Below, one piece after another: positions 35,661 to 48,878 of a stretch of 64,000 bases of DNA. The stretch is taken from positions 47,618,001-47,682,000 of the forward strand of contig CM052818.1 of assembly GCA_028534125.1 (NCBI GenBank). Direction: 5' to 3'. Every line of letters begins with the position of its first letter. The stretch's first letter is position 1. The notes beneath the pieces are model-generated. The model ran no database searches, was not told the DNA's origin, and was given only the letters and a program-made list of their open reading frames with translations. Made by a program: the position numbers and the translations under genes. The DNA is from Lama glama (lineage: Eukaryota).

Positions 35661-38600
35661 AATTTTGCAGATTGTTTTGCTTATTTTAAAAATAATCCTC
35701 AACCATTTTCTTTTCCCAAACAGCAATACTAATGTGCAAGCAGAAGTGTGATGATTGCCATCAAAGTCTTTCATAGCAATGATGTCTGGAAATGATGTCT
35801 GTTGCATAAGGAGATAATTTCACTGTAAGTACGTGTGAGGTATGGACCAGCCACTTCCTCGCCTCCTCAAGGCTGCTCTTTTATGTGCTGGGGTCATTTA
35901 CATTTAGTGATGCAAATGTTCCTTTTTGACCAACAATCATTCTCATCCTGTTAGAATGTTCAAATCACACAGAGAGGTAGGGGCTCGAGGAAGATGGAAA
36001 GTTCTTATTGAAATAAGGGAGGGAACAGGACCAGGAAGTAAGACCACACCAATGCTATGATTTCTCACGTTGACTATTTTGTACCTTCCTGGTGTTTTGC
36101 TCATAATAATGAAACTCTTCAATGAAACAGATTTATGAACTGGTTTGGAGAGGCAATAAGGTGTGTGGAAGCATCCTCTGTTTACCCTGCATGTGGGAGA
36201 CAGCATTCACATACACCAAGGATGGTGCCAACAACATAAGGAGAGAGGGCAGCCTGTGTTTCTAGGGCGAGTGCAGTGTGGGAGGGCGTCTGGGTCCGGG
36301 ATGGGCACTAGGGGCTGGGGAGCTCAAATGCCATCCTTGTCCCCACACACGTGTCCCTCCAGTCCATAACCTCTTTGCCACCCTGTTTACCCCACCCCCC
36401 CCCCACCATGTTGATTAAGAGCATTGGCTATTTACGGTAACCTCGGGATACAAGAAATCTGTCCGCACCACTTTTTAATCCTAATTACGAACAAAGTTGT
36501 AAAAAATGACTGCACTGTATAATTTCCATTTTAAAGGTCTCAAAAGAGCAAATGGAGTTTTAGAGCGCAAAGCTCTGCTTCACAGACTTACAGGGGGATG
36601 GCCCCAGGTGTCTGTATAATTGTTCATTTGGAAAGGACCTGTTGAAAATTATTGTGGGAAGAAGGGAAAACCAGCTCCCCCCAAACCAAAGGATTTTGTG
36701 AAGTGAAATAGAAGTAAGGGTCCCCTTGAATTGAGCGAGTCTGCAGAGTGAAAGCACCTTCTTACGAGACAGCTAAAAGCAGAGGGTGAAAACAAGTGTT
36801 GAATGTGAACATGGGGGTAAGATGTGCCTTGTCTTGGGAGATGCAGCTGTCAAAGCGAGCGTCTGGCAAGGAATCCTGAGAGCGGCGTTAGTGCTGCAAG
36901 AACAGCAGGCTCCTTCAGGGTCTCAGGCTCTCTTCAAAATCTGTCTTCACTCTAGAAATGCACTGACTTTTCAGTTCATTAGGACTCAGCCCACTAAAGA
37001 CTCATAACTGTCTGAGCCTCCGCTGAGAAATTCTGCAGCTGCCATCAACGCGTGTGACACACAGTATTTTCTCTACTGTCGCAGTGGAGAGGGTCTAGAT
37101 GCATTCACTTACAAGGGTTTTCCAGATGTTGCTCTAGCCTAACCAAGAGCCCTAGGAAGCAGCAGGTGACCCCCTGTAACTGGGCAGGCTGGCCCTTAAG
37201 ACAAGGACTGAGGAAGTGTTGACAAGGAGCTCACACTGGATTCAATTACAGCATCAGAAATGGAGGTCCAGGGGTCTTGCCCACCAGTGCAAAGAAGATG
37301 GGAGCTGTGTTGAGAATCAGAGATGATAAAGGCGTGTGTTCATCCTCTCACTGCCCCCACCGTGCGTAGGCACAATGCCGCCTGGGGATGTTCAAGGAAA
37401 GGCTGTACCGAGCACTCCTGGTACTTTCTCAGGTTTTACAATTGTCACAGCTGCCCTCTATTTGACAGACGAGAAAACTGAAACTCAAAGACATCTCCTT
37501 GGCTGGCTTGTTCTGAATTATGCAGTCGTCTCAGGATTTGGGATATCGTGAGAAGTCAGTGTTATTTGGCCATTAGCTAATTTGATCATCTTTAACGATG
37601 TCGAAAGTCATTTTACAAGAAGAATAGTAAAACCGTATATAATACAGGTTTTCTACAATGATTTCATTGGGACAGTAACTTAATTTATGTGCACTGCCTT
37701 TGCTTGAAATTCAGGAATCGGGCTTAGGGTCTTTAGACAGCTGCTTTCTAGACCCAGGTCTTGAAGTTTTGCGATGCCTCTTGAGTTTTTTCCCTAGGCA
37801 GCAGCTCACTGATGGAACATGGCCCTTGTGTGACCCAGAGAGGCGGCAGGTTTTTAAAAATTATTTATTTTTATTGTTGTTACGCATACTGCAATTCAGC
37901 ATGGTGAGCACCTAAAAATGTACTTAAAGGTAAGAGCAAATGTTTCCTGCTTCCTATAAGATATTTTACCTCGTTGATGAGTTGTTAGCCAGTCAATCAG
38001 AACAAAGAATAAATCAGATGATGTCACAACTAAAGAACAGTTCATTTAAAAGCTGCCTTTTCTGAAGTATCCCCAATATGCATGATGGTAAGATTTGGTT
38101 TCAATAAATAATAGTAAAAAAAAACAAACAAACCCAGATTTACTAGGAACTCAAAGCTACATCTTTTTTTTTTCTGACATCCTACCTTTTTGTAACTTCC
38201 ACAAAAGTGGTAGAATTCCAACTTAATAGGCAAATATTCTGTGGGATAATGTTAGCTCTACTCGGGGAAAGAATGATGCTCAGAAAGATGAGAATCGGGC
38301 CTGAGCAGTGTCAGAACGGAAGCGTCACGGGCCAAGACACGGGGCAGCTGTGGGCAGAGGGGTGGAGGAATTCTTCATGAGGAGCGGGGACGTTTTGAAG
38401 GAGGTCTGAATAAAACTGAGAGGAGGGGGGAGTGGTGAGCATCCAGCTCTCCCAGGTGAGCTCTCCAGGACCTCTCGGCTCAGCGCCAGCACACTGTACC
38501 TCCGTCCCCGTGCAGACTGCCTGCGTCACCTTAAAGACAACGTTAGTTTCTGGCGGTGACTGTTTATTTACGGTGTTCTAGTACCTGAGCAGGCAGTCAA

Positions 38601-40197
38601 CGGGCGTGGAAAGAAGGTGTTTATACGAAACATTCCAGTTTGCTGTTATCAACGGCATTCCTACCCGATAAGGCAAGAAAATACATTATTAAAAATTATC
38701 TAAAGTGCTAACTGCTGCAGGTGAAAAGTGTTCTTTGCGTCCTCTGTCATTTCAGAATTTGTGGCACTGATGCTGGGGACACAGAGAACGGTTGTGACAC
38801 CATCCCTGATGGGTCCCCAAGAAGGAAGATTTAATCAGCGTCACCCTTTCTGGGAAAGACTGAAAAATAGAAATAGAATATATTTTTGTACTCAATTCTT
38901 CTCACTCTCTGTTCTCTTCCGTTTCCAGGCGGACTCCAGTTTCCAGCAAGGCCAGTTGCATTTCAGACTGTGCATCAGGAAATCTTCGCCTTCAGTCCAC
39001 AGGGTCTGTTTCAGCGCCAAACCTTCCTTGTATTTTTCTGCAATGTCTAAATAGAAACCGTTCATTCAAATCTTATTCAACTTCCTAGAAATTAGCTATG
39101 AAAGTGGGTGAGAGCTACGGTGCTCTCTGCTATCCAATGCAAATGCATGCAAATTTCTTCATATTAGAATCATTGTCTAGTTGTCATCCTCGCACGGGGC
39201 ACATCAAAGCCATATGACCTGATTTTTGCACCTGCTGTTTAATTAAATTTACAAGGCAGACACACTCTCCACTCCCGGTGACATACAAATCCGTTTTTAC
39301 AGCCACAGCTTCTAATTTACAAGGTAGTTGACTGCTGTGTTTCCCCATCAATAGTGCCCAACTGCTCTTTGTTACACTGAAGATGGAAAAAGCAAGATGT
39401 GGCTATCCCTGGGGCAGATGAATTAACAGAAATATGACAAGTCGGTTCCCGCTCTCCTCTGAGCCCCGGTGTTTGCTGTGGAAACGCAGAGGAAGGTAGG
39501 GATCGGGGTATCTAATACCAGTAAGAACAGCATGTTTGCTTTTGTTGAGCGCCCTCCCCCCACCGGTTTTCACGAAAGGGGCAAGACGCCAAGCCCTCTG
39601 CCGCAGGTGCCTCTCTCTGGCTGCTCTGTAAGCGGGGAGAAAGAGGAACCTGCAACACAGCCAGGCCGGCGTGGGTGGCGGAGAAAGACCAAATTCTAAG
39701 GCTGCCACCAGCTGTAAGTGTTTTCTGAGAGAGATTTGTTGCCTGAGGACGAGGCCCATGGAGCTCTCCCTGGGCTTCTGTCCACGAGGGACGTGCGGTC
39801 CTTCAATCGTCTGCATCTCCAGGGGACGGCGGGACGAAGAGCAGAGCGGCGTGCGTGCGCAGCTTTGTGTTCTGTGATTATTTGCTGCTGGGCCGTCGTG
39901 GTTTTCTTGTTTCGTAAGAGCTGGTGCGCAGACATGGGACTGATTTCCCGGAGAGGTGGCCCAGAAAGAAAAGCCAAAGGAAGAATTTTAAGAGAAAGCC
40001 AGCGCTGATGAAAAATGACATCTTTGCCTTTTTCTACTACGTCATCCAACCCAGACACTTACGTGGAAGGATAATGCCTTTTCACTTATTGTCTTTAAAA
40101 TAATTGAATCAGCATCGTAACTTGTTTACGCTCTGAAAATGCTGAAAGCTTTTGTGAAATGCTATCTTCTGATAAAGGGAAGTGAAGTTCTGAGGGA

Positions 40198-40217
40198 CCA
40201 CCGATAGGTGGCGCCAC
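40198..40217 (+). promoter_or_regulatory. Weaker CTCF-like motif
   Basis: CCGATAGGTGGCGC at 40201-40214 matches the core except at positions 3-4. Confidence 0.4.
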
Positions 40218-42047
40218 ACATTCACCGAACCAAACGACACCTCAGACAAGTTTGGAACAAGCCACATAAATTAAAGCCTTGAGCTGCAACTAACTGTGAG
40301 ACATATGGGTTGAGTCCCAGGCCTGCCCAAGAATAACTTTGAAGAAAATTTTGTTTTCTGGCAATACAGATGCTAACACACCACAGAACCTTTAAAAAGA
40401 ATAAATATGTAGATGGTTCATAGCTCTCAGAATAATTTAACCTTCCCCCCTAAATGAAGACAGCATCACAAGGATAAAATAATGTAAACTCTGTTTTTCT
40501 GCTTTGGGAAAAAAAATGGTGGCTGTGATCCTCTCAAGAAGTATTTGTCAATTAGTTTTGATTGACGAGCATTTCATTATTTCAGCCTCCTGTCTAGAGC
40601 AAAGAGGGAATTCATTTTAAAATAAGCTAACCGTTGATGAAGAGATAATATTGAAAAACAGAGTTCTATGTAGGAAAATGTCATTGCCTGAATTTAGACT
40701 TTTTTTTTTGCTTCTTTGTTCGGTGGTATAAAATGCAGGCAACGTGTTCCCATTTAAGAACAAAACAGACTCCTCACAAAATCCCTTATTGTATCATAGT
40801 GGGGGGCCTCGTCGTCACGCTGGAATAGGTGGTGACAGTTTCTGAAGAACAGGATTTACAAAGCTCTTGATTTCAACTCCAAGATGAAGCCATAGCTTTA
40901 AGTAAACCATTAACCTTAAAACTAAGGTTTTATCTGCTTTTGGAAAAGGAATGTTTTCCAAAAGTCTTTGAATTGGCATGTGTTTGCTGGACGTGACGCA
41001 AACTGAAGTTACTCTTGACAGGTGGACCGGCTCAGGTGACAGCAGACACAAGGAGGCAGATGAAAGCGTCTCGGCTGATGGAAGCCCCGAGTCCTTCCGA
41101 GGAAACAGCAGCCCCTGCGGTGCGAAGGCTGCTGGGAAGGTCTTAGAGGAGAAAGCAAGCACTGATACATACTTCTTTGCTGTCTTAAGATGCCAGAGAA
41201 GGGCAGTGACATTTGTTTTTATTTATCCTTAAAGCCAATGTCATTAATCCATTTCTCTGTCCTAAAAATATTCTCCCTATCTGGTCAGCCCGGACAAGAC
41301 CGTCTCTGATCTGCCAAAGTGTACAGACAAGCAGAATTCCTGTAAAGAAAGCACCTTTAAAAGTGATTTCTATGGAGGAACCCAATGGTTGCATTTTGCT
41401 GTTTCTATTTCAGCGTCTTCTCAAATGCAAAGGGAGAAAGAGAAACCACGATTTCAATGCTCGCTCAGGGCCAGGTTTGACGTTATCATTAGTGACTGCC
41501 CTTAAGTGTTTAGACACATGTACACGTGCGTATATATATTTGCATTGGTAAAAGGTTAAAAATCTTTAAACCTGAATCCCAAAGCAGGGCTATCTGAAAT
41601 GAAACCCTTCTAACCACTGTATTTTGATCTCCTTAACCACACAGACTGTATTTTTTTTTCAGTTTCTTACATCCTGCACGGAGCCTGAAACACACTAAGG
41701 GATCATTAACTATTTGATGTCCCCCCTGGGATTTGACTTTTATTTATGTGTTATCTTTTGACGGATTCACCAAAAGATGTAACTCCCAGGAGCTAAACTT
41801 CGTGGTGGGTGCCAGGAAGGATGTAGACCTGAAAACCGAAGTCTTTTTTTGTGTGGAATCAAGAGTTGAATTAAGGAGACAGACCGATATGGAGACCAGT
41901 GGTGAAGCAAACCGTCTTAGCCTTTCTCACCATCAACTACTTTCTCACGTGCAAAGTGAGGCTAAAATCATCTCTTTCACAACGCTGGGGGGATTGAATA
42001 AGAGGAATTTCCCTGGCTGAGCACACAGGGACCACTGTGTGTTGAAT

Positions 42048-42547
42048 NNNNNNNNNNNNNNNNNNNNNNNNNNNNNNNNNNNNNNNNNNNNNNNNNNNNN
42101 NNNNNNNNNNNNNNNNNNNNNNNNNNNNNNNNNNNNNNNNNNNNNNNNNNNNNNNNNNNNNNNNNNNNNNNNNNNNNNNNNNNNNNNNNNNNNNNNNNNN
42201 NNNNNNNNNNNNNNNNNNNNNNNNNNNNNNNNNNNNNNNNNNNNNNNNNNNNNNNNNNNNNNNNNNNNNNNNNNNNNNNNNNNNNNNNNNNNNNNNNNNN
42301 NNNNNNNNNNNNNNNNNNNNNNNNNNNNNNNNNNNNNNNNNNNNNNNNNNNNNNNNNNNNNNNNNNNNNNNNNNNNNNNNNNNNNNNNNNNNNNNNNNNN
42401 NNNNNNNNNNNNNNNNNNNNNNNNNNNNNNNNNNNNNNNNNNNNNNNNNNNNNNNNNNNNNNNNNNNNNNNNNNNNNNNNNNNNNNNNNNNNNNNNNNNN
42501 NNNNNNNNNNNNNNNNNNNNNNNNNNNNNNNNNNNNNNNNNNNNNNN
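42048..42547. other. Assembly gap (500 N)
   Basis: Run of exactly 500 N. Confidence 0.99.
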
Positions 42548-43489
42548 AATTTTACGTTAAGGGAGTGGTTAGATACCCAATGTGGCCAGAAAGGATCAGA
42601 TCAGGAGATGGGAAGAACCAGTAGGGAAGGCCAAGTGTCAAGGAGACCTATGTAGCAAGCTAAGAAGATTCTACACTATGCTTCTGTGCCTTTTTCTGGC
42701 CCATTAGCATGGGCTGACCTCCAGTGTGCCTGGTCCTCCCCATCTACGCAACTGTGACTTGCTTTCCCATCCTTGCACTCACCATCACCTTCTAGACCCT
42801 GCAGCTTGACTCCTTCTTCATCTCATCCCTATAATCACCGCAAATTTCAGACCCATTGTTTCTCATTTGACCTTGGACATTCTTACAGAATCCAACCCTA
42901 CTTCAACCCACAATGACAGGAAAGAAGCACACCAACCCTGGTCTCCCTGGAGACTTTAAACCCCATATCTTATCAAGGGAAGGGAATCAATCCTGAAGAT
43001 GCTGAGGTCCAACATTTAAAGATGGTGCTGCTGCATTTAGGAAAAGCATTTAGGAGCATCTATAGAAAATATGACCTGAACTAGAAGAAATTAAACATAA
43101 ATTCAGGAACGGAGGCCTTCCATGAGGGAGCATTTATCATTTAGGTGGTAGGGAACCTTCAGAAAACACAGTATTGTATAGATAATATATGAATAGGACT
43201 TCAAAGTTCTGAATGCTATAAATAAAGTGAAATGGAGAAAAATTATGCTTTGACCTCAGAATTAATAAACCTGAACTATGACTGTCTGTTTGGCTTTCTA
43301 CAGTTTCCCCAACTGATGATGATGATGTCAAAATGGCAAGTAATTTTCAGTAAGTTGAGCACATCCAATGTGATCTTTAATAGAAAATGCAGTGTATCAT
43401 AGGGAATCAATGGAAGCAGTTTCAGCAAGGTTAGAGTTGAATGGATTAATTCACTGCATCCTGTCATAAAACGGATTCTTGTTCTGGGA

Positions 43490-43773
43490 GACCCAATGAC
43501 GCAAAGACCTAAGGGCAGCCAGCGAGAATCTGAGGACCTCAGTCATATAACCCTAGGAAGTAAATTCTCCCAACAACCTGAATGAGCTTGGAGATGGGTT
43601 CTTCCCTGACGATCCTTCAGATAAGAGCCCAGCCCAGCCGACACCTCAGTCACAGGCTGGTGGGACTCGCAGAGACCACTCAGCTGAGCCTGCCTGAGCT
43701 CCTGACCCTCAGAAACTGCAGGGAATATGTACGCTGGCAGTGATTTGTTATGGAGCAACAGAAAACTAATACA
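43490..43773 (+). mobile_element. MLT1E-like MaLR LTR (3' part)
   Basis: 'caacaacctgaatgagcttggag', 'tcctgaccctcagaaactg' and the terminus 'tgatttgttatggagcaacagaaaactaataca'. Confidence 0.85.
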
Positions 43774-43869
43774 TCTTTGATTCTAAGATTCCATCTTATA
43801 AGGTTTAAAATCAAGGTAGTTACAACCTTTGTGGGAAACCAGGATTCCTGCTTTAAATATATATTGAAA

Positions 43870-44005
43870 AAGAGGGATTTAGCTACCTGTAATACCATGT
43901 GTTGAGGTACCAGCATTGCTAAACACAGAGGATAGACTAACAGGGGAAAAAAATGCAAGCTTTCTGCCTTTAGGGAACTCACAGTACAGATGAAAGAGAC
44001 TTTAA
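43870..44005 (-). mobile_element. L2 3' end (continues at about 47230)
   Basis: 'ccagcattgctaaacacagaggata...ttctgcctttagggaactcacagt' is antisense L2. Confidence 0.6.
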
Positions 44006-44009
44006 CAGC

Positions 44010-44726
44010 AACACAGAGGTTCCCACTGCCAGCCTGGAGGGACTAAGCAGACTACGGGTGTCTCTTCCACTGATTATGGCTGAAACTGAGCAGAATACGA
44101 CAAACAAGTTACTTGAGTCCTCTGAGAAGTAAGTAAAATCAGGTGAATTGAGAACTGAAGTAAAACTTAGTAACAACTTACAGCCAGAGTGATTTTCATG
44201 GATTTTTCCCCTCTTTGTCTTCCCCGGGGTGAACCAAATTGCAGAGCTATGCAGCAGTCACTGGCTGCAAAAAGAGTAGAGAGAAAAATCGATAAAATCA
44301 AAAGTTCATTCTTTGTAAAGTTCAATAAAATTGATAAAGTGCTACCCAAACTGCCCACGGAAAAAGAGAAGACAAACCACCTAATTCAAAAATCACACAG
44401 GGAATATAACCAAGGACCCTTAAGACTTAAAGAATAATAACGGAATTCTATGAACCATTCTGTGCTCTTCAATTCAACAATATAGAGGAAATGGAACAAC
44501 TCTTTGAGTGTCACAAATTATCAAACCTCACTGACGAAACAGGTAATATGGTTCTTCCCATACCAAACAAATAAGCTACATCGTAGTTAAAAACCTGCCG
44601 ACAGCGAAAACTCCAGGCCCAGGTGGTTTCACTAGAAAGTCCTACCAAACATTTAGTAAAGAAATTCTACAATTCTATACAATCTTTTCCAAAAAAACAG
44701 AGGAGGAAATACTGCCCAACTTATTT
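44010..44726 (+). mobile_element. Old L1, left part: possible 5' UTR (about 44010-44275) plus an ORF2 segment
   Basis: ORF 44189-44437 contains KIDKIKSSFFVKFNKIDK (cf. L1 ORF2 KINETKSWFFEKINKIDK). 'ccaggcccaggtggtttcact...ctaccaaacattta' is the region entering the RT domain. Confidence 0.8.
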
Positions 44727-45980
44727 CAATATTTTTTGGATCTGTCTCCTAAGGAAAAAGAAACAAAACCAAAAATAAATAAATGAGACCTAATTAAACT
44801 TAAAAGCTTTTTCACAGCAAAGGAAACCTTTGACAAAACAAAAAGACAACCTACAGAATGGGAGAGAATATTGCAAATGATGTGACTGACAAGGGGTTAA
44901 TACATCCAAAATATATAAACAGCTCATAGAATTCAATAACAAAAAAACAAACAATCCAATCAAAAAATGGGCAGAAGACCTGAACAGACATTTTTCCAAA
45001 GAAGGCATACGTATGGCCAATAGGCACGTGAAAAAATGCTCAATATTGCTAGTTGTTAGAGAAATACACATCTGTACAACTGTGACATATCACCTCCCAT
45101 CTGTCAGAATGGCCGTCATTAAAAAGTCTGTAAGTCATAGATGCTGGAGAGGGTGTGGAGAAAAGGGAGCCCTCCTACACTGCTGGCGGGGATGTAAGCT
45201 GGTGCAGCCACTGTGGAGAACAGCATGGAAGTTCCCCCAAAACTAAAAATAGAACTCCCATAGGATCCAGCAATTCTGCTCCTGGGTATGTGGTGTGTGT
45301 GTGTGTCTCTCCAGAAACAACAAACACAATAATTTGAAAAGATGCATGTGCTCCAATGCTCAAAGCAGCGCTGTTTACAATAGCCAAAGTATGGAAGCAA
45401 CCCAAATGTCCACCAACAGATGAATGAATAAAGGAGACTTGATATGTATGATATTAATAGCCATAAATATAGATACATGTACATTATGTACATATGAATA
45501 TATATAATAGAATATTATTCGGCCACATAAAGAATGAAGTTCTTCCATTCACAGCAATGTGGTTAGACCTCGGGTATATTATGCTTAGTGAAATAAGCCA
45601 GACAGAGAAAGACAAATACTGTATGAGATCATGTATATGTGGAACCTAAGACATAATACAAACAAATGTATATAGCAAAGCAGAAACAGACTCACTGATG
45701 TAGAAAACAAGCTAGCAGTCACCAGTGGGGAGAGGGAAGCGGGGAGGGGCATGTTAAGAATAAGGGATTAAAGAGATACAGCTACGAAGTATGAAATAGA
45801 TGAGCAACAGAGGTACATGAAACAGCACAGGGGATTGCAGCCATCATAATCACTTAATTTAAATAACTTTTAATGGACCATAATCTGTAAAAATACTGAA
45901 TCATTATGCTGTACACCTGAATCAAATGTGACAGTGCTAATTAACAGTGCTTCAATAAAAATGAAACTTAAATTAAAAAC
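44727..45980 (+). mobile_element. Younger 5'-truncated L1 (cetartiodactyl-type 3' UTR)
   Basis: ORF 45013-45246 contains [25 protein letters not shown], the ORF2 Cys-rich C-terminus. The 3' UTR reads 'gaaacagactcac...tgctgtacacctgaa', followed by AATAAA at 45954-45959 and an A-rich tail. Confidence 0.92.
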
Positions 45981-45989
45981 TGAAGTCAT

Positions 45990-47220
45990 TAAGCACACCT
46001 TTAAAGAAAACAGTGCTGCCGTGGTGCTTCCACGTGCAAGACAGACAAACAGAAACAAAAAGCAAAAAACAAAGTTCAACCTGTACTTTATCCAAAAGTT
46101 AACTCAAAACAGATCATAGATTTAAATGTAAAATGCACAGTTACAAAACTCTCAGAAGGAAACGTCCGAGAGAAGCCATTATGACCTGGGCTTAGACAGC
46201 CTTCTTAACTAAGTATGATCTATGAAGAAAGAAGTTGGAGTTTATCTAAATTTTAAACTTCTCCTCAAAAAAGATTGCTAAAAGAATACATAGACACGCT
46301 GTAGAGTGGGAGATAATATTTGCATGTCTGACAAAGGCCATTTTCCTCACAATATGTGCAGAACTCAGAAACCTCAACAATTATAAAGCAAGCATGCCAA
46401 TTTTTAAAAATGGGCAAAATATTTTCACAGACATTTCATCAAAGAAGGTTAAGTGGAAGGCAAGTAAGCACATGAAAAGATGTTCAACTTTGTCTGGCAT
46501 TAGAGAAATGCATGTTCAAATCACAAGGAGCTACCACTGCACACTATGGCTGAAAAAACAATACTAATAGTTGCAAATAATAAGTCTTGGTGACAAGAAC
46601 TCTTGTGCGTTAATGGAAGAAGGCACAGTGGTAAAACACTCTGGAAAACAGTTTGCCAGTTTCTCGTACATTTAAACATACACTTACTCTACAACCAACT
46701 AATCGCGCTCGTAAGCATTTACCCAAGAGGAATGAAAGATTAAGTTCACACTAGAATTTTTATGCTAAGGTTTATAGAAGCTCTGTTATAATCCACCAAA
46801 AATGGAAATAATTCAAATGACCTTTAATGGTGAATGGATAAATAAAATATGGTATGTCAATACTACTAGGCAATAAAAATGAACAAATTATTGATACGTG
46901 CATTAGTAAGGATAACTCAAATGCATTATGTTAAGAGAGAGAAACCAGACTCAAAATGCTATGCGCCATGTCATTCCATTTATGTGATATCCTGAAAAAC
47001 ACAAAACTGTGAAGTTGCGGAGTAGATCCCTGGTTTCCAGGGCTAAAGTGTGGGGCGGGAGGGGCAGCATTAGAGGTTTTACTTTAGGGTGTTGGAAACT
47101 TGCCGTGATTTTTCTGCACTGGTGTTTACATAGTTCTTTGAATTTATCAAGACTCATAGAACTGTAACATCAAAAAGTGAATTTTATTGTGTGTAAATTT
47201 TAAAATAAAAGCAAAAATAA
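45990..47220 (+). mobile_element. Old L1 (L1MC/MD-like), ORF2 3' end and 3' UTR
   Basis: 'aactcaaaacagatcatagatttaaatgtaaaa', 'aaaaatgggcaaaa', 'ggtgaatggataaataaaatatggta', and the end 'actcatagaactgta...aaaagtgaattttattgt...aaataaaa'. Confidence 0.85.
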
Positions 47221-47229
47221 TTAAGCCAT

Positions 47230-48430
47230 GAATCAAACAAATATATAACTCTATCTGCTGTAAGTGCTACAGAAGAGAATATGTAATAAAAATCAGCCTG
47301 ATCAGAGAGGATAGATTTAGACCCTTGAACAGAAGTGAGATTTGAAGGAACAGTGGCATTTCATAGGAGGAGGGAGGAGGAAGGGGTGAAGGCTGTTCCA
47401 GACCCAAGAAGAACACCTGTGCAAAGGTCCAGTGGCAGGAAGAAGGGCATGTTTAGGAAACTGAACTGAGGCCAGTGTGGCTGGAGCAGCGAAAATTAGA
47501 GTGACCTTTGTGTGTCTTATAAGCACACAAAGAACTTGGTCTTTATTTGAGGACCAGTGCAAAGCGATCAAATAAGCTTCCACAGGCAAAGGACAACAGT
47601 TCCTCTCTCTCAGAATGGATTCAGGGAAACAAACCATAGTTAGGAGCCCACTGTGATACTTGAGACGAGACCATCGGATTCCCACCTGTAGTGGTGTGGT
47701 GGTGATAAACCAGGACTGAACAGATCTCTGGAATATTCAAACAGCAAATTGAAAATTTTTATATTGGGTTTTTTTGTATTAGTTTGGCACACAGACAAAC
47801 ATCAAAGTGTCAAATACCAGTCTAAATCTAGAGTCCCTAAACATTTTTACATTTTAGGTTTTGAAAGCCACACGTGGACTCTGTTGATACTGTTCTTCTT
47901 GGTTTATTTTACTCTGTATCTTATTTTTAGGAACCGTGCTAAAAACATTTGGCTAACTCTTAGCTCATGAACCATACAAAACAGGTCAAAAGCTGGATCT
48001 GCCTCATGATGTAGGGGATTCTGGCTTTCATAAAAGACAGTAGGTACCTTTCTGTGGAGCAATCAACACAGTTTGAAGCAAACACACCATGGGATTAAAT
48101 TTTAAAATAGTGAACTTGAGCTGCCTCTGAAATACCAGATGGAGACACCAAGTTGTCATTTGGGTACTTAGAACAGATGCTCACAGGAGAAATCTGGGCA
48201 TAGCACACAATGTGACATCATCTAAGATGTGGTAATAAAGGCAGAGATATGGTGCTTAAGGAAAAGTTAGACGGGGAAGAGGAGAGGGTTTGGGATGGAG
48301 TCTTGGGCAAATGGATAATGTGGCGTGTCAATTAAAGGTGATGTACCCACAACAGAAACAGTGGGCAGTGATTGAAGGGAAATTAGATCAGGTTGTGTTA
48401 TAAAAGCCAAGGGATTCCATTGACACGATA
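47230..48430 (-). mobile_element. L2 LINE (continuation), interrupted by a MER58-like element
   Basis: 'gaagaacacctgtgcaaaggtcc...ggaaactgaactgaggccagtgtggctggagcag' is classic antisense L2. Confidence 0.8.
47830..48020 (+). mobile_element. MER58-like hAT-Charlie element
   Basis: 'attttaggttttgaaagccacac...tcttagctcatgaaccatacaaaacagg...ctggatctgcc' resembles MER58B/C. Confidence 0.6.
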
Positions 48431-48878
48431 ATTTCTTCTTCAGAATTGCGCTCAAAGTGGGGATTTAATTCTTATGCAAGTCTGCTTCAAACAGTCTTCC
48501 ACGTCCATAATGGTCCTAGCTGGTTTCATAAACTATTAAGATGATAACAGTGCATTTTTAACAACCTGTGTGGGTGACAGCAATCCTTTAATCTCTAACA
48601 TCCATGATATAATTTTAACTATTTAGAAGAATTATAGGATCTTGTTTGAATTTATGGTTTGGTTAAAATGATCATCTTATTTTTCAAAGTCAAAGAACTT
48701 ATCTTCAGAAGGGTTTGAGGTTCAGTAATTCCCCATCTGTATAATATTCCCATAGAAAGCTTATCAGTATCTCTTACCTTCGAATTTACATATTTATTAT
48801 GTATGCAAATTTTAATATTTATTGTTTCTTGCAGAACTGCCTGCTATTACCATATAGTTTGTAATCCTGTAATCTCTT

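Noticed and set aside
38900..39010. Strong plus-strand acceptor at 38928 as a coding exon start
   Set aside because: There is no good donor downstream and the translation (ADSSFQQGQLHF…) is unrecognisable.
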